Positions 15,341 through 24,170 of a DNA stretch of 36,772 bases are shown one piece after another. The stretch spans positions 1 to 36,772 of IMG/VR virus record IMGVR_UViG_3300025389_000049. One strand, 5' to 3'. The notes under the pieces are model-generated. The model saw only the letters and a program-made list of their open reading frames with translations, did no database searches and had not been told where the DNA came from. A program made the position numbers and the translations under genes. Numbering within the stretch: position 1 is the stretch's first letter; every line of letters begins with the position of its first letter. Source of the stretch: a virus (taxonomy: Duplodnaviria; Caudoviricetes).

Positions 15341-15889
15341 TTACAGAAAGATGTTTTGGGCAAATTCTTGGGCACTTTGATCAATAGCATTGCACCATTG
15401 ATCATTATGATCGTTTCCAAAAACCAATTCTATATTACTAGCAGTAGTACACCAACTGTTTTCATGTTTGAATGGAGAGATTCCTTCTATCTCGCCTTTT
15501 AATTGTCCCGGAGCCCAGCCAGCAACTCCTAATATTATTCGCCATCGTTCAGGAAGATCTCCAGCAGCCATTCTTGCAATCATATCGTGACTACTGCTTA
15601 GACTAAACGAGTCATTGATGCGTAAAGTGTTATTGCAACTCCAATCATTAGTATGCAAAAAACTAAGACTCTTTGGGTTAACAGGGCCGCCAATATAAAC
15701 AAACCCGGGAAGATCTACAACAAATCCCATTTGTCTGGCAAAATCAACAACACTTATATTGCTACGTTTGTTAATGACTACGCCTACAGTCCCATGTGCA
15801 TGATCTTCTGTGACCATAATTACTGTTTTTTGCCAGAAGCTATTTTTAACAGCTGGCGGTGATATTAATAAATTTCCTACTAGATTCAT
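15341..15889 (-). CDS. YqgE/AlgH (DUF179) family protein
   Basis: F.KTVI...GTVGVVIN, GGPV, G.AGWAPGQL.GEI...W motifs. Confidence 0.9.
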   Translation of the reverse strand: MNLVGNLLISPPAVKNSFWQKTVIMVTEDHAHGTVGVVINKRSNISVVDFARQMGFVVDLPGFVYIGGPVNPKSLSFLHTNDWSCNNTLRINDSFSLSSSHDMIARMAAGDLPERWRIILGVAGWAPGQLKGEIEGISPFKHENSWCTTASNIELVFGNDHNDQWCNAIDQSAQEFAQNIFL

Positions 15890-15897
15890 AGTATAAT

Positions 15898-18609
15898 TTA
15901 TTCTTTTTTGCGGGGCTTGTAAAATAATTGATCAATATAAGCTGTACGACCTAACACTGCCGTATGACTTATGTCGTGCGGTTTTTCATAAATTTTCATC
16001 CAATCTTCTACAGCTTCTTCAGCGGTTGCTGAATTACGTTTGAGATAAGCTCTTGTTTCAGGTTCTTGCGATAAAAAGTCTAATTGTTTCTGCCAATTTT
16101 TCTGCCAATTTGCCATGCCGCCACAAAATTCAACCATATTCCAAAATCTTTCATTATGCCATTGGCAAAGGCCGCCACTAGGACCTGCGGATTTGTATAC
16201 AGGGTTGAGTATCTTTTCGCCTCGAGGATTTGTAATATATTTGGCTTCATGTGTATCGTGTTCGACATATTGACCGGGATCACAACTAGATTCTGCGGCC
16301 ATGTTAGCCATTATACCTTTTAATTGAGGAATGGTCATTTTAGGTAATTTATCTAAAAGATATGTAGCGATATCTGTCAATCCTGACGGAGTATTCATGA
16401 TCCAAGGACTAGGATCTCTTGAATTCTTAGGAATCCAAGGAGGAACTTTTGAGTCAGTAGTAGTTGTTGTAGTAGGAGCCGGCTCTGGAGTTGTTTTAGT
16501 TGGCTCTGGAGTTGTTTTAGTTGGCTCTGGAGTTGTTTTAGTTGGCTCTGGAGTTATCTTAGTTGGCTTAGTCGGTGTGGATACTATATTGCTTGGAGCA
16601 AGTTTAGGATATTTTTTTATATAATCGTTAAGTAACTCAATGGTTTCTTTGTTAGGTAATCCATTAGGTGTAAGGTATGCTTGTTTTTGTAATTCTTTTA
16701 ATGCATTTTTAGTTGGAGTATCAAGTATCCCTGTAAGTTTAACATCATCGTACAATAAATTTATTAAAATAGTTTGTATTGCTTTAATTGGTTCTGCATC
16801 GTAACTTGAAACAGGGATCTCCAAAGATTCCTTAAAAATGCTAGGTGCAGATGGCATTTGCGTACTAGGATTTGGAGGCAACTTGCTAGCATTATCAGTC
16901 TTGCTAGTAGTTTTAGATGGAGCAGAGTCATTTGATGTTGCTCCAAACATTGATAATGCTTTTTCTCCGGCACTCTTATAAGCAGAAGGCGTAGCATGAA
17001 CACCGTCTGCTAGTTTACTTCCTTCTAAATCAATTATAGGTACACCTACTGCGTCTCTAAGAGCATTTCTTACTTTTTCTTGATATGGGCCTCCATACCA
17101 TTTCTTAATATCTGGATCTCCGTTAGGAAATAACAAAAATATAACTTTACAGTTCTTAGCTTGTATTTCACTGATTAGATTGACAACATGTCCTGCAATC
17201 TTTTGTGGAGGAACTAATGGAGTTTTTGCATTGCTTTCCATATTCATCCTTAGACTAGTGGCAGCATCGTTGCATCCTTGTGCTAAGATTACAAAAGAAT
17301 TATCAGGTATATTTTCTATGCCTGTAGGATGTCCTTGCCATGTGCCTGATAAATTGCTAGTACTAGTGCTAGGTTGGCCGCCATGAGCGCGATTGATAAT
17401 GCCTTTAGCATAGCATATACCTTCAGCATGACTGTCACCTACTGCATAAACTTGAGGTGCATTACTTTCTTCTAATTGATTTTTACGTGTGCCGTAATCA
17501 GGCAATGGACCACCATACTTTTTGCCTTTGATTTTTTTGCCACCTACTGTGATGCGCACTTTTCTAGCACCATGTGTAATTAAGTGGCTCTTCTCACCAT
17601 CTCTAGCACGAAGCCCTTGGCTCTTACAACTAGCTAACTGACTAGCACCTAATGCACTATCAGGACGGCCACTTGTACATAAAGCACGACTTGCTCGACC
17701 TTCTTCTTCTAAACTGCCACCACAATCTGGACAAAAACGTTCTGCTACTTGTTCTGGCTCTTCTATGTCCGCATCGGCTTTTCTAAATGGGTTTACGTGT
17801 TTTAACATTTCCCATTGTTTCTTCAAATATTCTTTAACGTACATAGTACGTTCGTCTTTGCCGCTTTGATGATTACCGCCCTGAACTGCCGCGGTAACAG
17901 CATCGCTTGCACCTTTAACACCTTTGCTTACACTGGCTGCTAATTTTGGCCAGACACGCTCATTCCAATAGTGATAGCATACTACCGCTGCCACATCAGG
18001 TTTTAACATTAAATCTGGGTTCTTAACTATATCTGGATGTCCGGATATACTTCCAAAATGTTCGTAGTTATAGCGTCCGGTAATATGTATAAATCCACGG
18101 CCTCTAAATAACTTTCCATCTCCTGGATAAATGTTACCCAAATGCTTGCCACCCGGTGTTCCTGGTTCATATTTGGCAAAGTGATTGCCGTCATCCCATT
18201 CTTCCAAACTCTGAAAGTGTGCAGTTTCTTTTTTAACATTAGCCATGTAATATGGCACTTGTGGCTCTGGCATTCCTAAATTTCTTGCTACTTTTTCAGC
18301 ATAAGCACCTAAAGGATTATCTTCTAGTGTTTGTCCCGGAGGAAGTGTTTTACCAGCAATATTCGGAGTTACAGCAGGTTGTTTATCAACGGGTTTAGAT
18401 TTAGTTTTAGATTGATCAGCAGTTGGAGTTTTAGACTGTAAAATAACCTTTTGCCCAATCTCAAGCCTAGTATCTTTATTAAAATTATTAAGTTTATACA
18501 ATGCAAGCGGGTCTACATTATACTTTCTAGCTATTGAATAGACAGTTTCGCCTGGACCTGCAGTAACATAAGCAGGAGTTGATTCCGTGATAATTGATAA
18601 AATCTTCAT
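15898..18609 (-). CDS. Multi-domain virion-associated muralytic protein: LysM, GH19-like lysozyme, SGNH-like esterase, PG-binding, tail-lysozyme-like domains
   Basis: GETVYSIARKY; ET..F..LEE...FRGRGFIHITGRYNY; GDS...G.ND...DGVH; T.NALKELQ...L.P.G; GIMANM.AES...GLCQW...QLDF. Confidence 0.8.
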   Translation of the reverse strand: MKILSIITESTPAYVTAGPGETVYSIARKYNVDPLALYKLNNFNKDTRLEIGQKVILQSKTPTADQSKTKSKPVDKQPAVTPNIAGKTLPPGQTLEDNPLGAYAEKVARNLGMPEPQVPYYMANVKKETAHFQSLEEWDDGNHFAKYEPGTPGGKHLGNIYPGDGKLFRGRGFIHITGRYNYEHFGSISGHPDIVKNPDLMLKPDVAAVVCYHYWNERVWPKLAASVSKGVKGASDAVTAAVQGGNHQSGKDERTMYVKEYLKKQWEMLKHVNPFRKADADIEEPEQVAERFCPDCGGSLEEEGRASRALCTSGRPDSALGASQLASCKSQGLRARDGEKSHLITHGARKVRITVGGKKIKGKKYGGPLPDYGTRKNQLEESNAPQVYAVGDSHAEGICYAKGIINRAHGGQPSTSTSNLSGTWQGHPTGIENIPDNSFVILAQGCNDAATSLRMNMESNAKTPLVPPQKIAGHVVNLISEIQAKNCKVIFLLFPNGDPDIKKWYGGPYQEKVRNALRDAVGVPIIDLEGSKLADGVHATPSAYKSAGEKALSMFGATSNDSAPSKTTSKTDNASKLPPNPSTQMPSAPSIFKESLEIPVSSYDAEPIKAIQTILINLLYDDVKLTGILDTPTKNALKELQKQAYLTPNGLPNKETIELLNDYIKKYPKLAPSNIVSTPTKPTKITPEPTKTTPEPTKTTPEPTKTTPEPAPTTTTTTDSKVPPWIPKNSRDPSPWIMNTPSGLTDIATYLLDKLPKMTIPQLKGIMANMAAESSCDPGQYVEHDTHEAKYITNPRGEKILNPVYKSAGPSGGLCQWHNERFWNMVEFCGGMANWQKNWQKQLDFLSQEPETRAYLKRNSATAEEAVEDWMKIYEKPHDISHTAVLGRTAYIDQLFYKPRKKE
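16481..16564. repeat. 21-bp coding tandem repeat x4 (PEPTKTT linker)
   Basis: GGCTCTGGAGTTGTTTTAGTT three exact copies plus one with 2 mismatches. Confidence 0.95.
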
Positions 18610-18648
18610 ATAAGATATTTATCTAGCCCTAACCGCAGAATCTAATTA

Positions 18649-18990
18649 TCAACTAGGCAGTACGTAATGATCCGATTCTTTATTAGGAGTGCCTACTTCA
18701 AATATCACACTATCTTCTAATGCTACTAATTTATGCGGTTCTAAGGGCATACTGCGCCAAGTATCACCTTCTTTTAACAACTCTGTATGTATCGAAGCGT
18801 CAGTGGTATCTATATATACAACTTCAACACTGCCCTCTAACAGTACCCAAGTTTTATCTTTTTCCTTGTGGAAATGCATTCCAAATTCTCCGCCTTGGTG
18901 CATATAAATTATCTTGCCACAATATAAATCAGTATCAGCAAAGATATATTCTCCGCCCCAGCGCTTTGTTACAATTCCTTCATGCCTCAT
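18649..18990 (-). CDS. Cupin, sugar-isomerase-like
   Basis: K.WG.E, MHFH..K......LEG, GD....P..PH motifs; adjacent to the epimerase. Confidence 0.8.
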   Translation of the reverse strand: MRHEGIVTKRWGGEYIFADTDLYCGKIIYMHQGGEFGMHFHKEKDKTWVLLEGSVEVVYIDTTDASIHTELLKEGDTWRSMPLEPHKLVALEDSVIFEVGTPNKESDHYVLPS

Positions 18991-19804
18991 AATCTAACCA
19001 TTCATAAACATTTAACCACTTGCGCTTGCCTATTGTTTCTTTCAAATGAGTTAGGTCCGCACAGGTTTTTGTACGCATACGCTGTTGTTCTTCTAAGGGA
19101 ATAGGAACGAACTCTACAGGTACATTCTCTTGTTCTGCTATATATTCTGCAATATCTAAGAAGCTATGTGCAAGTCCACTGCCCACATTCCAAATGCCAC
19201 TGCCTTTAACTGTTGTTAAAAAATCTAAATGTAATTGGCAAACATCTCCGGCAAAGGTCCAATCTCGTTTGATATTCTCTGCACCTTCCCATACTGATAT
19301 TTTGCCTTCTTTGCGAGCTTGCTGGCGCCATTTAAAAATCACATTAGCACGTTTGCCACGTAAGTGCATCCATTTGCCGTAAAGATTAAAATATCTAAAC
19401 CCTTGTACCATTATGTGTTGCTCTTGTTGAAACACCCAACGGTCAAATAGATATTTTGAATATGCGTATGGACTTTGCGGATAACAAGGTGCAGTCTCGC
19501 TAAAATCTTTGGTGTTGCCATACACACTACTTGAACTAGCATATTGTAAGTGTGTTCCATGTTGATTACATTCTGTAAACAATCTTTGGCTAAATTCTAA
19601 ATTTTGTCGCATTACAGAATCTACATCTCTGCAACTCATATCTGCGATAGCTCCTAAATGCACTACCCAATCATAATTTTCTACATTAGGAAATTCATTA
19701 GGATTCCAATCATATCCATCAATATGCCACCCTTCTTGTTGACTTAAGAAGGATGACATATTTTTACCCAGAAAACCCAGGTGCCCAGTTACCAGTATAT
19801 TCAT
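18980..19804 (-). CDS. hldD: NAD-dependent epimerase, ADP-L-glycero-D-manno-heptose 6-epimerase-like
   Basis: TG..GF.G, HLGA, YASS.SVYG, YAYSKYLFD, GFRYFN.YG. Confidence 0.8.
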   Translation of the reverse strand: MNILVTGHLGFLGKNMSSFLSQQEGWHIDGYDWNPNEFPNVENYDWVVHLGAIADMSCRDVDSVMRQNLEFSQRLFTECNQHGTHLQYASSSSVYGNTKDFSETAPCYPQSPYAYSKYLFDRWVFQQEQHIMVQGFRYFNLYGKWMHLRGKRANVIFKWRQQARKEGKISVWEGAENIKRDWTFAGDVCQLHLDFLTTVKGSGIWNVGSGLAHSFLDIAEYIAEQENVPVEFVPIPLEEQQRMRTKTCADLTHLKETIGKRKWLNVYEWLDYEA

Positions 19805-19812
19805 GCAGTTAT

Positions 19813-20325
19813 TTAACTCATGTCAAATAGCTCAGAAAATAAATTATTGTACAATTTTTTAGGTAACTCTTTTGCATTACCATACTGACTATGTACTAGA
19901 TCACTTAAATGATCGTGTGATTTATTCTCTGAAGGTATTTTAAATGGGCAGTTACCTGAATTACTTGCAGAATAAGGAGTATCGAGCTTTACTAATCCAA
20001 CTTGTAATTTGTTGTCAACAATCATTTTGTTAACATTGTATACAATAGCTACTGCTGACATTTTAAACATTTCAGTTTGCGCTGAAATGCTATTCACAAA
20101 TGCACCGCTATTACGATAAAATCGTTTTTTAAATAATTCCTCTAGGTGATTTATATGACTAGGATGACCGAACCACAGTTGAGTTAGCTCAAATCTTTTA
20201 CTGCAAAATTTTTGTCTAGCTCTAACAACAGTATATGGAGTCATACCTTTGCCTAATTTTTTCCATTCGGGATCTCCGCTTAAATCATCATGCAAATAAA
20301 GGAAGAAGCTTTTTTCAGTTGTCAT
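19813..20325 (-). CDS. Divergent GIY-YIG/T5orf172-like protein
   Basis: FLYL...KLGK...R..Q...LE..FK..F...TEMF pattern. Confidence 0.55.
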   Translation of the reverse strand: MTTEKSFFLYLHDDLSGDPEWKKLGKGMTPYTVVRARQKFCSKRFELTQLWFGHPSHINHLEELFKKRFYRNSGAFVNSISAQTEMFKMSAVAIVYNVNKMIVDNKLQVGLVKLDTPYSASNSGNCPFKIPSENKSHDHLSDLVHSQYGNAKELPKKLYNNLFSELFDMS

Positions 20326-20704
20326 TGCTTAACTCCTTTTCTATACGTACAGGGTTCCAAGGGCCTGGGCCACAATCTACAATCTCTATGTTTGTATCTT
20401 TACAGATTAGCAATACATAGTCTCTAATTTCTTGCCAGGTAGTTTCCACTACCCACTCGGTCATGCCAGCACCGATGCCATATGCACGACTCCTAAAATG
20501 TCCTAGCACACTTTGTTCTATCCATTTGATAACTGCTATATCAGGATGGTAACACAGCCAAGTGTAATGAGCTTCCCAGCAAGGGCCAAACGGCAATTGA
20601 TATTTGCCCAGTCGTCCGATAGGACTGCTATCAGTAATACCTGGCTTGGTATTAAACTCTCCTCCAATTTCTTTTGGTGGATTAAATGTATAGTACCATG
20701 CCAT
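20315..20704 (-). CDS. Divergent GIY-YIG/T5orf172-like protein
   Basis: YY...KPGIT...RL..YQ...IE..V...F...TEW pattern; start moved to MAWYY. Confidence 0.65.
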   Translation of the reverse strand: MAWYYTFNPPKEIGGEFNTKPGITDSSPIGRLGKYQLPFGPCWEAHYTWLCYHPDIAVIKWIEQSVLGHFRSRAYGIGAGMTEWVVETTWQEIRDYVLLICKDTNIEIVDCGPGPWNPVRIEKELSNDN

Positions 20705-20706
20705 AA

Positions 20707-21825
20707 TTAGAACCCTACCTTCCAACTACGTACTTGATCTCGTACACTAGGAATACCTAGGCCAAAACAAATATGTTTAAGTCCATTACTAACTAGATAG
20801 TTGCTGTCTAGTTTAGCATACTGGGGATTGTTCCATTGCGGGCAAGCATCCTTAATTTGTAACTGTGCTTTATTAGCAGTATTATAACGATTATTCAATT
20901 CTGCCGCTAGTGCATCTTCCTGTTGTTGTGTCCACACAATGCCATTGTCTTGATTTTCTTTAACTAAGATAGCAAAGCTAGTTAACAAACAACCATCAAT
21001 ACTTTGATGTGGAAAGTTGCGGTCAAGCCATTTAAGACTACGCTCTAAATATGCACCAGTGTTATCTAGTGCAAAAGTCATGTAAGTTTCATTCAAGTTA
21101 TGAATTGCACCTGTAATCTTATTACCTGCACGACGAATCATAATGCCTGGAATGTTATCTACAACTGCTTGTATCTGTGGCGCTGGATAAATGCCGCAAG
21201 CAACTTTGATAAAGTGTTGGTCAAAAATATCTACACCACGCTTGTTACGTACATTAATTGCAAGGAACAAGTGCCCAGCAATAAACAGTGCCAATTCGTG
21301 AGTGTCGTCAAAATTACCTTGATCTGGAACATCTGCTACCCAGAACGGTAACAGTTCGTCTCCTTTGCGAATACGATTTACTCCAGTGTGTGTTGTGTCT
21401 GCATTATAAACAGCACCACCATACTTGGCTGGCATTTTAAGTCCCAAGCCTGTCATGGCAAATTGATCTAACCAATCCATTTCTAATTTAATACAATGGT
21501 TTGGGCTAGTATCTCTATTAAAGCTAGGGTGGCTAAACACATTGTCTACTGGAACCATTTCAAAGTGTGGCACAAGGTTAAACAAGGTTAATGTTTTACC
21601 TGCAAGTGTTGTTGAATTATATTGATTAACTCGTCCTTGCCAAGGACCTTCTACAGCATCTACAGCCTTTGCAAGATCCGTCATAGGAATCAAGCCATGC
21701 TGATAGTTTTTGCTCATCTCTTTACAATCGATGAACGCTTCTTCTACATCAAACTTGTGTTTAAATCCGGACAAGAACTGTCCAAGTGAATTGTGCGCAA
21801 GTGCGCGACGTTTGGCTTTAGCCAT
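20707..21825 (-). CDS. ParB/sulfiredoxin-like domain protein with altered motifs
   Basis: VPV......FNR (QR-like), Y..DTTHT (DGQH-like), F.AIN; AAAGGAG RBS. Confidence 0.55.
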   Translation of the reverse strand: MAKAKRRALAHNSLGQFLSGFKHKFDVEEAFIDCKEMSKNYQHGLIPMTDLAKAVDAVEGPWQGRVNQYNSTTLAGKTLTLFNLVPHFEMVPVDNVFSHPSFNRDTSPNHCIKLEMDWLDQFAMTGLGLKMPAKYGGAVYNADTTHTGVNRIRKGDELLPFWVADVPDQGNFDDTHELALFIAGHLFLAINVRNKRGVDIFDQHFIKVACGIYPAPQIQAVVDNIPGIMIRRAGNKITGAIHNLNETYMTFALDNTGAYLERSLKWLDRNFPHQSIDGCLLTSFAILVKENQDNGIVWTQQQEDALAAELNNRYNTANKAQLQIKDACPQWNNPQYAKLDSNYLVSNGLKHICFGLGIPSVRDQVRSWKVGF

Positions 21826-21908
21826 TGATAACTCCTTTATGTTTTCTCTAACCTAGTAGGTTACTTAAAATATAGTTTCTAGCAGGATTGCTCTCAAACT
21901 ATGTACAT

Positions 21909-21939
21909 ATTATATGTTGACTTTAATGTGTTGTCAACA
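21909..21939 (-). promoter_or_regulatory. Perfect sigma70 promoter with overlapping inverted repeat
   Basis: TTGACA-N17-TATAAT; TGTTGAC-N11-GTCAACA at 21915-21939. Confidence 0.85.
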
Positions 21940-21947
21940 CATATCAT

Positions 21948-21973
21948 AAAAAAAGGCTACCTAAGTAGCCTTT
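21948..21973 (-). terminator. Rho-independent terminator
   Basis: AAAGGCTAC-ttag-GTAGCC followed by T7. Confidence 0.85.
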
Positions 21974-21993
21974 ATCTTACCAAACTTTAATAA

Positions 21994-22266
21994 TTAAAGT
22001 GTAATGCCCATTGCCTTAGCTTTGTAACCAAGTGCAACGATTTCACGGCTTGCATTGCCCATTTCGTACTCAGTAACAGTTACACCATTACCAGCAACAC
22101 GGCTCTTGCTATAAACAGCATAACCTGACTGACGAATACGTGAAGCTTCAGCGGCAATGTTCTTGATGCCAAAACGCTTTGATGCTTCTGCGGCAGTTAC
22201 TTTCTCACCATTGTATAATGCGTTGAACAATTTGTAAGTTTTAGTTTCTTTAGAGATAAATTTCAT
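21994..22266 (-). CDS. Small basic winged-HTH-like DNA-binding protein
   Basis: L..G..VT..EA..RFG......ASRIR..GY pattern; AAAGGA RBS supports start at MKFISK. Confidence 0.7.
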   Translation of the reverse strand: MKFISKETKTYKLFNALYNGEKVTAAEASKRFGIKNIAAEASRIRQSGYAVYSKSRVAGNGVTVTEYEMGNASREIVALGYKAKAMGITL

Positions 22267-22310
22267 TTTTGTTTCCTTTATAAAAGACACTGTCTTTAAC
22301 AGCTAAGACT

Positions 22311-22339
22311 ATTGTAACAAACTTGTAGTACAATTTCAA
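22311..22339 (-). promoter_or_regulatory. sigma70-like promoter
   Basis: TTGAAA-N17-TACAAT. Confidence 0.6.
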
Positions 22340-22698
22340 GCTGTTTGGTGATCTTGTTTAAGACTTGGATGCCAAAATGTCTTGCCTGGGAAACGTTGAC
22401 TGGCTATTCTAACAGCCTGTTCAATATCATGTGCTTGGGACAGGAACTCGCCAGTTGTCTTGCTGTAAGCGTAGACATAACCGTTAACTTGTTCAATTTC
22501 CAAAGGAATAGCATCTTCGGGCATGCCATTATCTTCTACTTCAGCGTTGATTTCTTTAATTTTATTAAGAATAGCAATCATGCGATCTGGATCTCTACTA
22601 AGGTTTTGTGAAAACGTCCAGGTTGCCCAATGTTTCCCAAATGTAAATGCCGCAATAGCAACAAACACGTAAGGAATATACTCATATATGAATTCCAT
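22336..22698 (-). CDS. Hypothetical protein with N-terminal TM anchor
   Basis: GGAG RBS; hydrophobic N-terminus. Confidence 0.75.
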   Translation of the reverse strand: MEFIYEYIPYVFVAIAAFTFGKHWATWTFSQNLSRDPDRMIAILNKIKEINAEVEDNGMPEDAIPLEIEQVNGYVYAYSKTTGEFLSQAHDIEQAVRIASQRFPGKTFWHPSLKQDHQTA

Positions 22699-22728
22699 AT
22701 AATTCTCCGGTTAAGTTATTTACAAAAA

Positions 22729-23022
22729 TTAGTCTTTCATGCTTTCTAACATAGCGATTTTGCCAATTTTGGCACCAAAATCCTCGTCACTGCCGATAAT
22801 ATAGAGATCGTGATAGTTACGATCCTTTTGACGATCAAATCGGCTAAACTCTACAATTTTACCACCACGAGCATTGTAAACTTTGAAACGCATAGTAGGA
22901 TCACTGCTCATGTGTTCGTGATCCTCGTCTATAGTAATAGCATTCGCACCTCGTAGTCTGGATGCTTTGACTGAGTCGTCAGCCAACAACCAATTTCTTA
23001 ATTTATTTTTAAACCAGCTCAT
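22729..23022 (-). CDS. Hypothetical protein
   Basis: ATGA-coupled ORF in operon. Confidence 0.8.
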   Translation of the reverse strand: MSWFKNKLRNWLLADDSVKASRLRGANAITIDEDHEHMSSDPTMRFKVYNARGGKIVEFSRFDRQKDRNYHDLYIIGSDEDFGAKIGKIAMLESMKD

Positions 23023-23186
23023 ACCTGTTTGCCTTTTTTATCTTGTTGATTGGTCATGTACTTTTCAAGTGCTTCTTTATATTGATCTTCGGTGAGACCA
23101 TGCCATCCACAGCATTTGCCATCTGGACTACGGCCGCAACCACACTTGCCAAACTCTTCTGCATTTTCTTTAACTCTTATTTGCAT
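23019..23186 (-). CDS. 55-aa CDGSH-like metal-binding micro-protein
   Basis: Hand-translated MQIRVKENAEEFGKCGCGRSPDGKCCGWHGL...; GGGAG RBS; ATGA overlap downstream. Confidence 0.75.
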   Translation of the reverse strand: MQIRVKENAEEFGKCGCGRSPDGKCCGWHGLTEDQYKEALEKYMTNQQDKKGKQV

Positions 23187-23772
23187 TTTGTTCTCCCATG
23201 TCTATAAATGCTTTTGTAGTATCAAACACTAACGATCCGGTTAATGAATACTTGTCTTCTTTTTCAGATACAACTGTACGAACAGTATGTGTCCAATCAG
23301 CAGGCCAAATTAATGTAAGTCCTACTTCTGGTTTAACGGATAATTTTTGATGGAAGAATTCCAATTCACCACCGTCATTAACATCATTTAAAAATGTGAT
23401 ATAAACTAGATGCTTGTTGCTATTTTCAATCACTCCATTATTTTGACAGTGCCAATTATCGGCTCCTTGATTAGGAGCAAAATGATTGACTTTAATATCT
23501 CTGCGTAAGGTCCAAAAATCTAAATTTTTATAAGCATATTCAAATTCATCTTTGTATTGTTTGAGAGACTTGGCAAGTTCTCCAACCCAAAATTTTGTAC
23601 ACATAGGTCCAAAATTTTCTAGTCTTGTAACTGTAAAATCTCTATTAAATTCTTGAACAAACTTATCAGCATTGCGTTTAGATTCTTCTATGATTACTTC
23701 ACAAATTCCAGTATCAGTATAGTATCCTCTAATAAAGGGATTAGTTTTGTTTATTTCATGTTCTCGTAGCAT
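23170..23772 (-). CDS. 2OG-Fe(II) oxygenase-fold protein
   Basis: WHC., FLNDVNDGGE.EF, WPADWTH, KY..TG motifs. Confidence 0.8.
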   Translation of the reverse strand: MLREHEINKTNPFIRGYYTDTGICEVIIEESKRNADKFVQEFNRDFTVTRLENFGPMCTKFWVGELAKSLKQYKDEFEYAYKNLDFWTLRRDIKVNHFAPNQGADNWHCQNNGVIENSNKHLVYITFLNDVNDGGELEFFHQKLSVKPEVGLTLIWPADWTHTVRTVVSEKEDKYSLTGSLVFDTTKAFIDMGEQNANKS

Positions 23773-23938
23773 TCATTATCCTTTTAATAATTTCTTGTGC
23801 CTCTGCAAACTCTTTGCGTTCGAGTTTAGCTTCGATTATCTTTTCATATTCTTCTCTAAGCTGGCGCATGTACGGCCGCATTTGCTCAGTAGGATATGGT
23901 TGTGTCCATTTGATAGTGTATAAGTGTTCACGTTTCAT
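23756..23938 (-). CDS. Hypothetical protein
   Basis: Coupled ORF. Confidence 0.7.
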   Translation of the reverse strand: MKREHLYTIKWTQPYPTEQMRPYMRQLREEYEKIIEAKLERKEFAEAQEIIKRIMNATRT

Positions 23939-24147
23939 TTTCTAATTCCGTACATAATGTAAATGCTGTTGCCTAAATCTTCAAGTGTTTTTTGAGCATC
24001 AATTTGAGCGTGAATGTCACGCACAATCAACTCGGCAAATTTTTCATCTCGGATACGTTGATAACGAACAATTTCTCTTAAGTCGGGTTCTATCGCCCTT
24101 GCAAGGTCGTCTGCTTGTCGGGCTAACAAATAAATTCGTTCGTTCAT
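23935..24147 (-). CDS. MNERI/KFAELIV family hypothetical protein
   Basis: Paralogous motifs with 26665-26919 and 26923-27165. Confidence 0.8.
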   Translation of the reverse strand: MNERIYLLARQADDLARAIEPDLREIVRYQRIRDEKFAELIVRDIHAQIDAQKTLEDLGNSIYIMYGIRK

Positions 24148-24170
24148 TCTTCAACTCCGAAATGTTGTTT
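24144..24170. repeat. 27-bp dispersed repeat (RBS/stop/start junction), identical to 36444-36470
   Basis: TCATTCTTCAACTCCGAAATGTTGTTT; partial copies at 24290, 26665, 26916, 36751. Confidence 0.9.

Noticed and set aside
16481-16564. Possible CRISPR-like repeat
   Set aside because: Contiguous 21-bp units without spacers, encoding a Pro/Thr linker
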